Positions 29,915 through 43,839 of a DNA stretch of 64,000 bases are shown here, in pieces (position 1 is the stretch's first letter; the number at the start of each line of letters is the position of its first letter). Origin of the DNA: the human T2T-CHM13v2.0 reference genome, Homo sapiens; the NCBI RefSeq assembly GCF_009914755.1, contig NC_060932.1; one strand, written 5' to 3'. Both the position numbers and the translations under genes were made by a program. The notes below the pieces were generated by a model. That model made no database searches. It worked only from the letters and a program-made list of their open reading frames with translations, and was not told where the DNA came from.

Positions 29915-31715
29915 TTACCACTTGTATTCAACATAGTACTGGAAGTCCTAGCCAGAGCAATCAAATAAAAGAAAGAAATAAGTGGCATCCAAACTGGAAA
30001 AGAGGATGCCAACGTGTCCCTCTTTGCGGATGACACGATCTTTTACGTAGAAAAACCTAAAGACTCCACCAAAAAAAACTCTTAGATCTGATAAATAAAT
30101 CCAGTAAACTTGCAGGATACAAAATCAACATATAAAAATTAGTAGCATGGCTGTACACTAATAATGAACTATCTAAGAAACAAATCAAGAAGGAATTCCA
30201 TTTACAATTGCTACAAAAAAATGTCTAGGAATAAATTTAACTGAGAAGGTGAAAGAAAAGCTACAAAACTCTGACAAAGGAAATTTTAGATGTCACAAAT
30301 TGAAGAACATCTCATGTTCATAAATTAGAAGAATTAATGTCTTTAAAATGACCGTACTATCCAAAGTAATCTACAGATTCAATGCAATCCTTATCAAAAT
30401 ACCAATGTCATTTTTCACAGGAATAGAAAGAATATAAAAAAGTCATGTGGAACCAAAAAAAGAGCCTGAGTAGCCAAAGCAACCCTAAACAAAGAAACAA
30501 AATAAAGCTGGAGGCATAACACTATCTGACTTCAAAATATATTGCAAGGCTATAGTAACCAAAGCAGCAGGATATTTGGCATAAAAACAGACACACAGCC
30601 CAATGGAACAGAATAGAGACTTGAAAATAAATCCATGTACTTACAACCAGCTGATTTTCAACAAAGGTGCCAAGAATATATGTTGGGAAAAGGATGGTCT
30701 CTTCAACAACCAGTGCTAGGAAAACTGGATATCCATATGCAGGGAGCGAACCTGGACCCCTATCTCCCACCATATGCAAAAGTAAAGTCAAGATGGATTA
30801 AAGAACTAAACATAAGCCCCCAAACTACAAAACTACTAGAAGAAAACACAGAAGCAACACTTCAGGACATTGGTCTACGTAAAGATGTTACAGCTAAGAC
30901 CTCAAAACCACAGGCAACAAAACAAAAATAGACAAATAAAATTATCTTAAACTAAAAAGCTTCTCCAAAGCAAAGGAAACAATCAACAGAGTGAAGAGAC
31001 AATTTGTTGAATAAGAGAAAATATTTTCAAACTATTTATCTGAGAAGGGACATTATAATATCCAGAATACACAAGGAATTCAAATGTCTCAACAGTCAAA
31101 AAACAAATAATCCCATTAAAAATAAAGCAAAGGACATAAATAGACATTTCTTAAAAGAAGACATACAAATGGTCAACAGGTATATGAAAAAATGTTCACT
31201 ATCACTGTTCATCAGAGAGTGCAAGTGAAAACTACAGTGAGATATCATCTTACCCCAGTTAAATGGTTATTACTAAAAAGACAAAAATTAACAGATGCTG
31301 CAAGGACATGGAGAAAAAGGAACTCTTACATACCACTGGTGGGAATGTAAATTAGTATAGCAACTATGGAAAACAGTATGGCAATTTCTCCAAAAACTAA
31401 AAATAAAACGACCATGTAATCCAGTAATCCCAATAGTGGTTATTTATCCAAAGAAAAGGAAATCAGCCTGTTCAGAAAGATAACTACACCCTCATGTTTA
31501 TTGCAGGACTATTCACAATACCAAAGATATGGTGGACTCAAACTAAGTGTTCATCAACAGACAAATAAAGAAAATATGAAAATACACACAACGGAATATT
31601 ATTCAGTGATAAAAAAGACTAAAACTATGTCATTTGCAGGAAAATGACTGGAACTGGAGGTCATCATAAGTGAAATAAGCCAGAAAGACAAATATCACAT
31701 ATTCTCAGTTATACA

Positions 31716-31778
31716 TAGGTGCTAGTAAATGTAGGTGCTAGTATATGTAGGTGCTAGTTATATGTAGGTGCTAGTAAA
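31716..31778. repeat. 16-17 bp tandem repeat x4
   Basis: TAGGTGCTAGT at 31716, 31732, 31748, 31765. Confidence 0.9.
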
Positions 31779-32642
31779 GTGAGTCTCATTGAGGTAGAGC
31801 GTAGAATGATAGATGCCAGAGTATGGGAATGTGGGTAGGTAGGGACGGAAAGGGATCAAGAGAGATTGCTTAATGGGTACAAATATACAGCTAAATAGAA
31901 GGAATACATTCTAATGTTTGGTAGCAGAGTCAAGTGACTACAGTTAACAACATCTTGTATATTTCCAAATAGTCAGAAGAGAGGTCTTGAAATGGCCCCA
32001 ACACACAGAAATGATAAATACATTGAGTAGATGAATACCCTAAACACATCAACTTGAACATTACACATACCATGCATGTAACAAAATATCACATGTACCC
32101 CATAAGTATGTAAACATATTGTGTATAAAGAAAAATAAAGGTATACAGATTGGTAGTAAGAAATAAAACTTTCTGATCTCAGATGACAGGGTTCCTATGT
32201 AGAAAATCAGAAAGAATCAACAACAAAAATATTTGAAACTAATAAGTGATTATAGCAACATTACAAGAAGCAAGGTTAATATACAAAATCAATTGCTTCC
32301 CTATGTACCAGCAATGAATAAGTAGAATTTGAAATCAAAAACACAATGCCATTTACATTGGCACTCCAAAAAATTAAATACTTAGGTATAAATCTGACAA
32401 AATACATACTAGATCTGTATTAAAAAAAACTACAAAACTCTAATGAAAGAAATAAAAGAACTAAGTAGATGGAGACATGTTCCGTGTTCATTGATAGGAA
32501 GACTCAATATAGTCAAGATGTCAGTTCTTTACAACTTCACATATAGATTCAATGCAATCCTAATCCAAATACAAGCAAGTTATTTTACAGTTATTAAAAA
32601 GTTGATTTAAAATTTTAGAGAGAGGCAAAAGACCCAGAATAG

Positions 32643-33410
32643 TACCTGCACTCCTATGTTTATTATAGTACTATTTGCAACAGCAAAGATGTGGAATCAA
32701 TGTAAGCGCCCATCAATGAATGATTAGATTTTCTAAAATACAGTATGTGTGTATATATGTGTATGTGTGTGTGTATGTATGTATGCATGTATATATGATG
32801 GAAAATTCAGACAAAAAAAGTAAAACCATGCCTTGTGCAACAACATGGATGAAACTGAAGGCCATTATCATAAGTGAAATGGCTCAGAAACAAAGTCAAA
32901 TACTGCATGTTCTGACATATAAGTAGGAGCTAAATAACGTGTACACCATTATCATAAGTGAAATGGCTCAGAAACAAAGTCAAATACTGCATGTTCTGAC
33001 ATAAAAGTAGGAGCTAAATAACGTGTACACCATTATCATAAGTGAAATGTCTCAGAAACAAAGTCAAATACTGCATGTTCTGACATATAAGTAGGAGCTA
33101 AATAACGTGTACACCATTATCATAAGTGAAATGGCTCAGAAACAAAGTCAAATACTGCATGTTCTGACATATAAGTAGGAGCTAAATAACGTGTACACAT
33201 GGACACACAAAGTGGAATAAGAAACAGTGGAGACTTGGAAGTGTGAGAGGGTGGGAGGTGGATGAAGGATAAGAAATTACTTAATGGGTACAATGCACAC
33301 TATTGGGGTGAAGGCTACACTAAAAGTCCAAATTTTACAACTATACAATATATCCATTTAACAAAGCTACACTTGTACCCTTCTAAACCTATAAAAATTT
33401 AAAAAGAAAA
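32643..33410 (+). mobile_element. L1PB4-like 3' UTR fragment nested in L1MC
   Basis: GGAGCTAAATAACGTGTACACATGGAC, AAATTACTTAATGGGTACAATG, A-rich tail. Confidence 0.8.
32862..33197. repeat. 84 bp minisatellite x4
   Basis: Units start at 32862, 32946, 33030, 33114; only two substitutions in the whole array. Confidence 0.97.
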
Positions 33411-34205
33411 AAATATTGAAGGTGAACAAAGTTGAAGGATTGACACTAACAGACTTTGAGACTTAACTATAAAACTACAGGAATGAAGACAGTGTAGTAG
33501 TGGTGAAAGAACGGAGAAACTGATTAATGGAAAAGAATAGAGAACCCAGAAATAGACATACATAACCATAGTCAACCGATTTTTGACAAAGCAGCAAAGG
33601 CAACACAATGAAGAAAAATGTCTTTTCAACAAATGGTGCTGGAACAACTGAACATCCACATGCAAATAATTGAATCTAGGCACGGATCTTATATCCTTCA
33701 CAAAAACTAACTCAAAATGGGTCATAAGCTTAAATGTATATTAAAAAACTTTAAAACCTTACTTATTAGGTAAAAGGACTAAATCTATGCAACCTTGGAT
33801 ATGGTCATAATTTTTTAGATACAATGCCAAAGGCATGATCCATGAAAGAAATAATTGATAAGCTGGACTTTATTAAAATTATAAACTTCTGCTCTGCAAA
33901 AGACAATGTCAGGAGAATAAGAAGACGAACCACAGACTGGGAGAAAATACTTGCAAAAGATACATATGATAATGGATTGTTGTCAAAATATACAAATAGC
34001 TCTCAAAACTCAAAAATAAGAAAACAAACAACACTTTTTAAAAAGAGCCAGGACCTTAACAAATACTTCACCTCACCAAAGAAGACATACAGATGGTAAA
34101 TAAGCATAGGAAAAGATGTTGCACATCTTATGTCACTAGGGAAATGCAAATTAAAACAAGATACCACTTCACACCTATTAGAGTGGCCAAAATCCAGAAC
34201 ACTGA

Positions 34206-34548
<343 letters not shown>

Positions 34549-35586
34549 CAGTAACTTTCATTCTTTGCTGGTGAGAATGCCAAATGGGACAGCCACTTTG
34601 GAAGACAGGTTGGCAGTTTCTCATAAAGATAAACATACTTTTACCATATGATCAGCAATCGCACTCCTTGGTATCCACCCAAAGGAGGTGAAGTCTTACA
34701 TCCACAAAAAAACCTGCACACAGATGTTAATAGCAGCTTTTTTCATAACTGCCAAACTTGGAAGCAAGCAAGATTTCTTTAGGTAGGTGAACAGATAAAC
34801 TGTGATACATTCACACAATAGAATTCAGTGCTAAAAAGAAATGGCTATCAAGTCATGAAAAGACACTGAGAAACCTTAAATGCATATTATGAAGTGAAAG
34901 AAGCCAATCTGAAAAGATTACATACTGTATGGTTCCAACTATACGATATCCTGGATAAGGCAAAACTTACGGAGATAGTGAAAAGATCAATGGTCGCCAA
35001 GCGTTAGGGGTGGGGAAGGAATGAATAGCAGCAGCATGGAGAATTTTTACAGAACTGAAAATGCTCTGTGTGATGATGTATCATAATGTTCGATATAAAA
35101 TGGCAGATACGTGTCATTATACATTTGTCTAAACCCATAAAATGTACAATACCAAGAGTGAACCCTAATATAATATAATCTATGGACTTTGGGTGATAAT
35201 GATGTGTCAATGGAGTCTCCATTGAACTAATGGAGTCTCCATTAATTGAACTAATGAAGTCTCCCTGGATTTGGAGGAGAAAGATTCATTGATTGTAACA
35301 AATGTGCTCTTCTACTGGGGGATGTTGATAGTGTGGAAGGCTGTGTATGTGTGGTGGCAGAGATTATATGGGAACTCTCTGTACCTTCCTCTCAATTTTT
35401 CAGTGAACTTGAAATTTCTATTTAGAAGTAGACTCTTTAAAGTCATTATAAGAAAAAGATACTTGCACACGCATGTTTATAGCAGCACAATTTACAATTG
35501 CAAAAATATGGAACCAGCCCTAATGCCCATTAATCAACGAGTGGATAAAGAAATTTTGGCGTATATATAATCAAAATTTCTCAATA

Positions 35587-35590
<4 letters not shown>

Positions 35591-35630
<40 letters not shown>

Positions 35631-35676
35631 ATACACACACACACACACACATATACATATACATACACATACACAC
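35591..35676. repeat. (GT)18-ATGTAT-(AC)9 compound microsatellite
   Basis: Directly visible. Confidence 0.95.
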
Positions 35677-35987
35677 CGTGGACTACCACTGGCCATAAAA
35701 AGGAATTTTGCAGTGAACTAATGGCATTTGCGGCAACCTGGATGGAACTGTAGACCATTATTCTAAGTGAAGTAATTCAGGAATGGAAAACCAAACATTT
35801 TATGTTCTCACTCATAAGTGGGAGCTAAGCTTTGAGGATGCAAAGGCATAAGAATGATACAATGGACTTTGGGGACTTGCAGGGAAAGGGAGGGTGAGGA
35901 ATAAAAGACTACCAATTGGGTACAGTGTATACTGCTCAGGTGATGGGTGCACCAAAATCTCAGAAATCACCACTAAAGAACTGATTC

Positions 35988-36262
<275 letters not shown>

Positions 36263-36583
36263 TTATGTAACCAAATACCACCTGTTCCCCAAAAACCTAT
36301 GGAAATAAAAAATAAAAATAGTCTTAAGATTAAAAAAAAGAATGATGCATAGCAATGTGTTTAATAGCCATTTATATCCACAAATAAATTAATCAACAGT
36401 GTTCATAAGTTCTTGAATATGCAAAGAATTGCTCTGAAACATGCAAGAAGCATAAAGCAGGTTACCATTAGAGAGAACTGAGCAGCTGAGAGACAGGGTG
36501 CACGTGAGACTCACCATCTTCCACATACCATTTTCTACTATTTAAGTGTCATACCACATACAAAACACTAAATGCCCATTGAT

Positions 36584-36800
36584 CTTTGACAAAGTGGCAA
36601 AGGCAATACAATGGAGAAAAAATGTCTTTTCAACAAATGTGCTGGAACAACTGAACATCCACATGCAAAAAATTGAATCTAGGCACAGATCTTATATCCT
36701 CCACAAAAATTAACTCAAAATAGACCAAGAGCCTAAATGTAGAATGAAAAACTATAAAACTCCTAGAAGGAAACAGGATAAAACCTATATGACCTTGGAA
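36584..36800 (+). mobile_element. Internal L1MC ORF2 fragment without a poly(A) tail
   Basis: Aligns to ~33578-33800; flanked by a 21 bp direct repeat. Confidence 0.85.
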
Positions 36801-37269
36801 ACGATCTTTATTTGAAACACTAAATGTCCATTGATTTCCAATACCCAGAGTGATATTTATTTGTGGGATGCTTAGTTGCCTGTGCCAGAATCGGCCATTT
36901 GATTCCTAACTCCTCTGCAAGGAATCCACTCCAGTGGAGCCTTTTACCATACCTTGTTTGCTTCTCAACTCAAGCCTTTCTTCATGCTTCCTGCCAACTC
37001 TCTGCCTACCCATGCACCTTGACATCCTGCCAGGCCTTCAATACCAGGTGCAGACACAACCTCCCTGGGGCTTTCCCTGTCCATTACCCCCAGGATCCCA
37101 CTGTTTCTTGATCCACAGTCCCTTCCTGGCTTGTTTCCTGCTGCCATTCTCAAGTTTTCAGCTAAAATACACATGCCTAAATTGCATAGACCAATTGCTG
37201 TGTTCTTAATGTTGCTGTTTGATGTGTTGAAACTTTATCATCACTATGAAAATATCAAGAGAAAGTATC

Positions 37270-37529
37270 CTTGGGAGGTGATGAGATCATGAGGGCTCAT
37301 GAATGGGATTAATGCCCTTATAAAAGAGGCTTGTCTCCCTTACCCTGCTGCCATGTGGGACACATAGAAGGAGCCATCTATGAAGTCCAGGCCCTCACCA
37401 GGCACTGAATGTGCTGATGCCTTAATTTTGGACTTCCAAACCTCCAGAGCTGTGAGCAATAAATTTCTGTAGTTTATAAATTACCTGGTCTAAGGTATTT
37501 TGTTATGGCAGCTGGAATGGACTAAGACA
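37270..37529 (+). mobile_element. MaLR LTR (MLT1A/MSTD-like), 3' part
   Basis: GGACTTCC...CCTCCAGAGCTGTGAGCAATAAATTTCTG...GGACTAAGACA. Confidence 0.85.
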
Positions 37530-37564
37530 CTGGTCATACACATCTCTGTAATTCTACGGTGACT

Positions 37565-38035
<471 letters not shown>

Positions 38036-39309
38036 TGACTTAAAAGTATCAAGTGCTCAGTGAAAGAGAGGATATTGATGATTTACTTCTCCTGCCTTCA
38101 TTGGTCAGCTCACTCATCTGATAACCTTTGGGATCTGGTGTAAATTCATACCCCATAGGGAACTATAGGGCCACTCCTGCTGTGCTGAGCAGAGGGCTGG
38201 CTGGGCAGGGCCACCTGGCCTTTGAGACTGCCTGGTAGTCTGACTCTCATTGCCCGGGCCCATCTCATCTGTGCTCGCTTGCCAGGAATCCCGAGGGTCC
38301 TAGAATCCCAGACTCTACATCCTACAAGAGTTGGAAATTACTCTTTCTGCTGAATTTACTCTGCAACCTAGTTGCACCACACTTTCAGCCTGAAGGACAC
38401 AAGGGAATTCAGGGAGAATGCAAGAGAAAAGAATACATGCCAGCAATATAACCAGATCTGACAGGTTAGTTTAAAAAACAAAATGCAATTCTGTCTGGAT
38501 CAGAGTGTGTGAATATGGCAGGGTCTAGAGGCTGGGGGCTCAGGCCTGGCAGAGGCCAGTTAGGCAGGATGCCTTTTCCTTCCTTAATCACCACTCCCTC
38601 ACCCACAAACAGGGCAGCCAAAAATTTTAGGCAAGAATCAGACTAGAGGCAGAATTAGAAAGTGTCAGTAAAATAGCAGTAGGTGGTGTTGGGATGCCGA
38701 CAGACCCTCACTGGCTCCTCCAGACCACCTCACGGGAAGAACCGAGGGGGGCTGAAGTCTCTGTACCCTCTCCTCTTCTCAAGCCCCCCTTTCCCAGGTT
38801 GGGGAGGGTGAAATTATTTATTTGGGGGGTGGGTTCTTTTTTCTTTTTTCCCTGCCCCTCATTTGATCTCTTTTGGTGCAGTGCTGCTGTTAACAAAAAA
38901 TACAGCATGTTTGAGACAAAGTATGCACAATTCCTCTTCCAGAAAGGAGGCCTTTGAAGAAAAGGCGAGTGATCAGAATAAAGAGAGGGAGCGGGGGTGG
39001 GGAGGGGGCGGGAGGTGAGTGGGGAGCCCAGGCTAGGAGGGCAGGCTTTGATCTCCCCACACAGGCCTGTGCCTTTTGCGTTTTATTTCACTGTTGGGAT
39101 GAGGGGAGCTTTTTGCAAGGGCGTGATGTAAATGCTTAAGGAAAGGAGGCAGGGTGCAAGCTCTCAAAACTACAGATGCAGACACAGGTGCCAGGGATGC
39201 CTCCTGTCTGCTCCCATGGGGCATCACCCAGAGCAGGTTAGTAAAGGGCTGCCCTGGGAGGAACCTCTTCCCGTGTCCACCCCTCCTTCCTCAAACATCC
39301 ATGCTTTCA

Positions 39310-40275
39310 CATTCCTACCACATTCACTCACACTATCTCACTTACAGTCATACACACAGTCATCATTCACACACACACACACAGAATTCACACTCACATG
39401 TTATCACACGCAGTTATCATGCACCCTCAGAATTCAGCCACACACTAGCTCACACATAATCTCACAGTCGTACTTACATTCAGAATTCACACTCACACAC
39501 ACTAACAGGCACACACTCAGAATTCACACACACTAACTCACAGTCATACACAGTCAGAATTCACAGTCTCACACATACACACTCACCATTAACCTACACA
39601 CACTATCTCACACTCATACACACTCAATTCACACACCACTGTCTCACAGTCGTACACATATTCGACGTTCACACTCACACACACTGTCAAACACACACTC
39701 AGAATTCATACTTACACATTATCTCAGTCATACACACTAACACACTCAACATTTACAATCTCACACTCTGAATTCACACTCCAAATTCACACTCAGCCAT
39801 AGACACTCATCATTCACACTCAGTCTCACACACAGGCATACACATACCCAACATTCACATTTAGTCTCACAGTCATATATGCACACCATTCACACACACT
39901 ATCTTGATAGACATACACACTCAGAATTCACATTCATACACATTATGTCAGTAATACACACACATGTTCACATCCCTTGCACACTATTACCTCATACTCA
40001 GTCATACCCATGTACCCATTCACACATTCACACACACTCACATTATCTCAGTTATTCACACACTCGTAAGTTCACTTGCCCACTCATCCCATCTCACACA
40101 CACTCACCCTAACACACAGTTCTACACACACACGTTTACAGACCCCCACACTCATCCACACTCTCTCACACACACACAATCTCACATCCATACTCACATA
40201 TTCATACCCACACACACTATCTGACATATGTTTGCACACACACTACCCACATTCACACACTAACATACACATGCA
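39310..40275. repeat. ~1 kb degenerate CA-rich satellite-like tract
   Basis: G-poor + strand; recurrent CACACTCAGAATTCACA motif. Confidence 0.9.
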
Positions 40276-41454
40276 CGGGGGATCAGTTCTGACAAGGTTG
40301 TCTGCAACACAATCAACAGGGGCTTCCATATGACTCCTTCACTAGGGTCTCTGGCATGTTCCTCCTTCCAACTCCCAGGACCCTGCCCCGCAGCATCCCT
40401 GCCCAGCCTGCCCATTTCCTGTAGGCCCTAAGCCTCCATTCAGGTCAAGTTTCCTCACTGCCCCTGCTCTGGAGCTTCTCCCCACCTCCCCTTACATGCC
40501 TGCCCACAGCTGGCTACAATAATACCCTAAGCCGAGGCAGTAACAGCTAATAACAGCTTCACAAGCAGAAGATCTTGGTGAGATCTTAACTCAAAGTGAG
40601 ACAGGCCTTAGTGCCTTGGATTGCAGCCACAGTGGTGGAGCACCAGGCCTCAGGAGCAGAGTGATGCCGAGATGGCTGCAGGAAGAGGAATGTGGGCGAG
40701 TTTCTGCCTTTCAAATCATGTCAAGCATTCCATCAGTCATGACCTTGGCCATGGAAGGGTGACTCCACTGGACGCCCCCTTGGGAATTTTCAGACTTGTG
40801 AAAGAAGGATCCCAACCACCAGACCTAGGAGGGATCTCATCCATGCTCGCTCCACCAGAAGAGGTTGCAGGTTGTGCCCAGAAGATCTCTTACCTCCAGA
40901 GACTCCACACAACAGAAAGCATTCCCTTGACCCCCTAACCTTTCAGAGAATAAGTATTTGCTAAGATGCTGCATGTACTAGGGCAGAGCCAGGCATACAG
41001 ACCACTTTGCATTCTCCTGTTGGACTTCAAACTATGCTGGATAGGTAGTACATGTCCTCAGCACATGGGGCATGCAAGACCAAAAAATAATACTCTCCCA
41101 TCCTTTAGCTGTAACTGTCTCACACAGACCAAACTTAGACCAACAGGGCTCTGTGCCCCCATCCAGTTAGCACTACCGGACTGCTCTTAGGACAGTGCCT
41201 TGTCTTTGGCCTGCCAAGTTCTAGGTCACCCTCTCTCCCCTGGTCTCATCCTGCATAGACAGCCTTTGAGTCACATTTACTCTTTCCTTCCCATCCTTAA
41301 GAAGACTCAGCCCTTGTCCTCGGGATGCCTCAGGGTAGAAAATAAAGCAGAGTGGATACGGACTCCAGCTTCACCCCCCACCACACTTACTAGCCCTTGG
41401 CAAGTTAATCGCCTGCCGCCACGCTCAGTTTTATTTACTGTAAAGTGAGCGTGT

Positions 41455-42455
41455 AACTCTCAAATTTAGAACTCCAGCACATACCTTTCCCTTGAATGGT
41501 AGAAGGCTATATCCAGTGCTACTTGACATCTCTGCTTGAATATCAAGTAGGAGTCTCAAACTTAGCAGGTTGAAGCTCAACTTCTGATTTCCCACTCCAA
41601 ACCAGGCCTCTCCTGGTCTCCCTGTCTGAGTGAACATCAGCTCCATCCTCCTGCTTGCTCAAGCCACAGTTCTCAGATTTGTCCTTCCTGCCCAATAACC
41701 CAGTCTCCCAGGATTATCTTCAAAATGTATCAAGGAAACTACTACTTCCCAACTAAATCTCCACCACCTTGCTCCAAGCTACCAACTCCTCTACTGCATC
41801 AGCTCCTGGCTTATCTCTAAGCTTCCCTAGCTCCCAGTGTACAGCTGCAGGAAGGTTGTGGAGTGATCCTACTATAATGTAAGTCATTTGCACCCCTCAA
41901 ATCCTGTAAAGGGTCTCCGTCTCACTCAAAGTAAAAGCCAAAACATTCCCTGGAGCCTACAAGGCCTCACAGGCTCTGCCCTCACAGTTTGGCTCCCATT
42001 CAAGCCTCATCTCACTGGTCCTCTCTGCCCAGACTACACCAGCCTAACTCTATTCTTTGAACTGACCACGCACCCTCCAGATTCAAGCCCTTTGCCTTTG
42101 TAGTACCGTCTACCTGCAAAGCCTTTACCCCAGATATACATGTGAGGACACATCCCTCACCTGCTCCATGACTTTGCTCAAATGTTACCTTCTCAGCGAG
42201 AACTTCTCTAACCCCAGCCCTGGCACTTCCTCTCTGACCTCCCTATTTCATCTTTCTCCATGGTCCTTATTGCCATCTAGCCTATTATCTTCCTTTTACT
42301 TATTTATTTATTGTCTGTCTCCCTTTGCTTGCACTGATCCTTATGAGGGCACAGTGTTTAGTTTCAGACAGATCCCCAGAGATGAGAACAGTTCCCAACA
42401 CGGAGCACACAGTAAGCCTTTGTTGAATGAATTGTTGAAGGAATGCATGAATGTG
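41455..42455 (+). mobile_element. L2a
   Basis: CTACTTGACATCTCTGCTTGAATATC...CTCACTCAAAGTAAAAGCCAAAA...TGTTGAATGAAT tail. Confidence 0.8.
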
Positions 42456-43839
42456 TAGGGGGTGAATGAGTGATATTGATTAAATACTCCCTAGGTATCA
42501 GGCATTGTGAAAGTGCTTTCCAGGTATTAACCCCTTCTATCTTCACCCTGACTGAGAGGCAGGCGTTTTTGTGATCCCCATGACATAAGAGCAGGAGCCT
42601 GTCATGACTTGCTGGGAAGAACAAATGAGGTCATGTATCCAAAGTACAAGGTTCTCAGTAAGCTCTCAATAAATGCTGACAATTGCTACTATGATCAACA
42701 TCATCCAAGTCATCCACACCCCTGTACTGAGCCCTTCCCTCATGGCCATCACTGTTCTGGGCATGAGGGGTTGACGCTGGGGTTGGTTGGAGAAGAAGCA
42801 AGGCCTACTTGAAAAGGGCCCCCAAATCAGCTCAGGTGAGGGCCTCTAACTCTGGGAGGAGCATACCCCACACCACTTCAGGTGCTTGAGACAGTTGCTC
42901 TGTGCCCAGATAGATGGGCAAGCATTCAGGCTAAGTCCCCAGTGGGATGGACAAACCCACCAGCACAGGCCTAGGGGAGCAGGCCACTTTGAAGCTGTCG
43001 AGATGGGGAGGATCCTGTATGTTTGTGTGAGCTAACCGGCCCTTCCACTAACCCCGCCCCTGTCAGCCTCCCCTCCTCGTGTGACTCCAGAGGAAGAGTC
43101 CCTTGCCCTGGCCTGGCCTCTGGTTCCTCACCTGAAAAGGTGAAGGGGATTGTACCGCAGCATCCCAACTATCTCCTTCAGCACCGAGTGGCTGTCTGAC
43201 TCCTCCGGTCAGAGGTACCAGAATAGGCTAAATATCCCCAGCAGCTGCCATCCCAGCGGGTGGGATGAGAGCGAGCCTGAGCTCTGCTCCCTTGATCTCC
43301 TCTGCGTCTCTGCTGGATGGCAGGGGTGAGCTGGAGCTTCCCTGGAGGCTGCCACATGCTGGACTCCCCCAAAGTGCTGACTCCTGAGCCTCTCTGCTCG
43401 TTTTCTATGCATTGAACTTCAAACACCAGAGAGGCACTCAGGCAGCAAGACGGGTGGATTTGGCCATTATGTTCTCGCTCTCCTTTTTCCCTTCATCTCC
43501 CTCAAGACAGGATTATGGGTTGCACCTATTAATTCTTGTCTGGAAGCAGCAAGCCAACCTTTTCTCTTTGTGGAGTTTTATAACCTTCTCTGCTGCAATG
43601 GAGGAGGCTACGAGCCATTCCTCTCACCCAAGCAGCATCTGGCAGAAGGAGTGTCCTCTGAGTTAACTAGCTAAGGACACAGCTGTATGAGGCACCAGGC
43701 CTTCTCCCCAAGGAGAGGAGGGGAAGGTGTGTGTGTCTGGCATATAGGAGCCTCCAAAGGGAAGACACCTGGAAATCTCCCTTCCTTGATCTGTTTCCCA
43801 AGGACAAACACAGAAATCAAAATAAAACTGTGTCCAGTG

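Noticed and set aside
32862-33197. CRISPR-like regularly spaced repeats
   Set aside because: Head-to-tail units with no unique spacers, L1-derived, eukaryotic context
43177-43196. RE1 left half TTCAGCACC
   Set aside because: No correctly oriented GGACAG half-site
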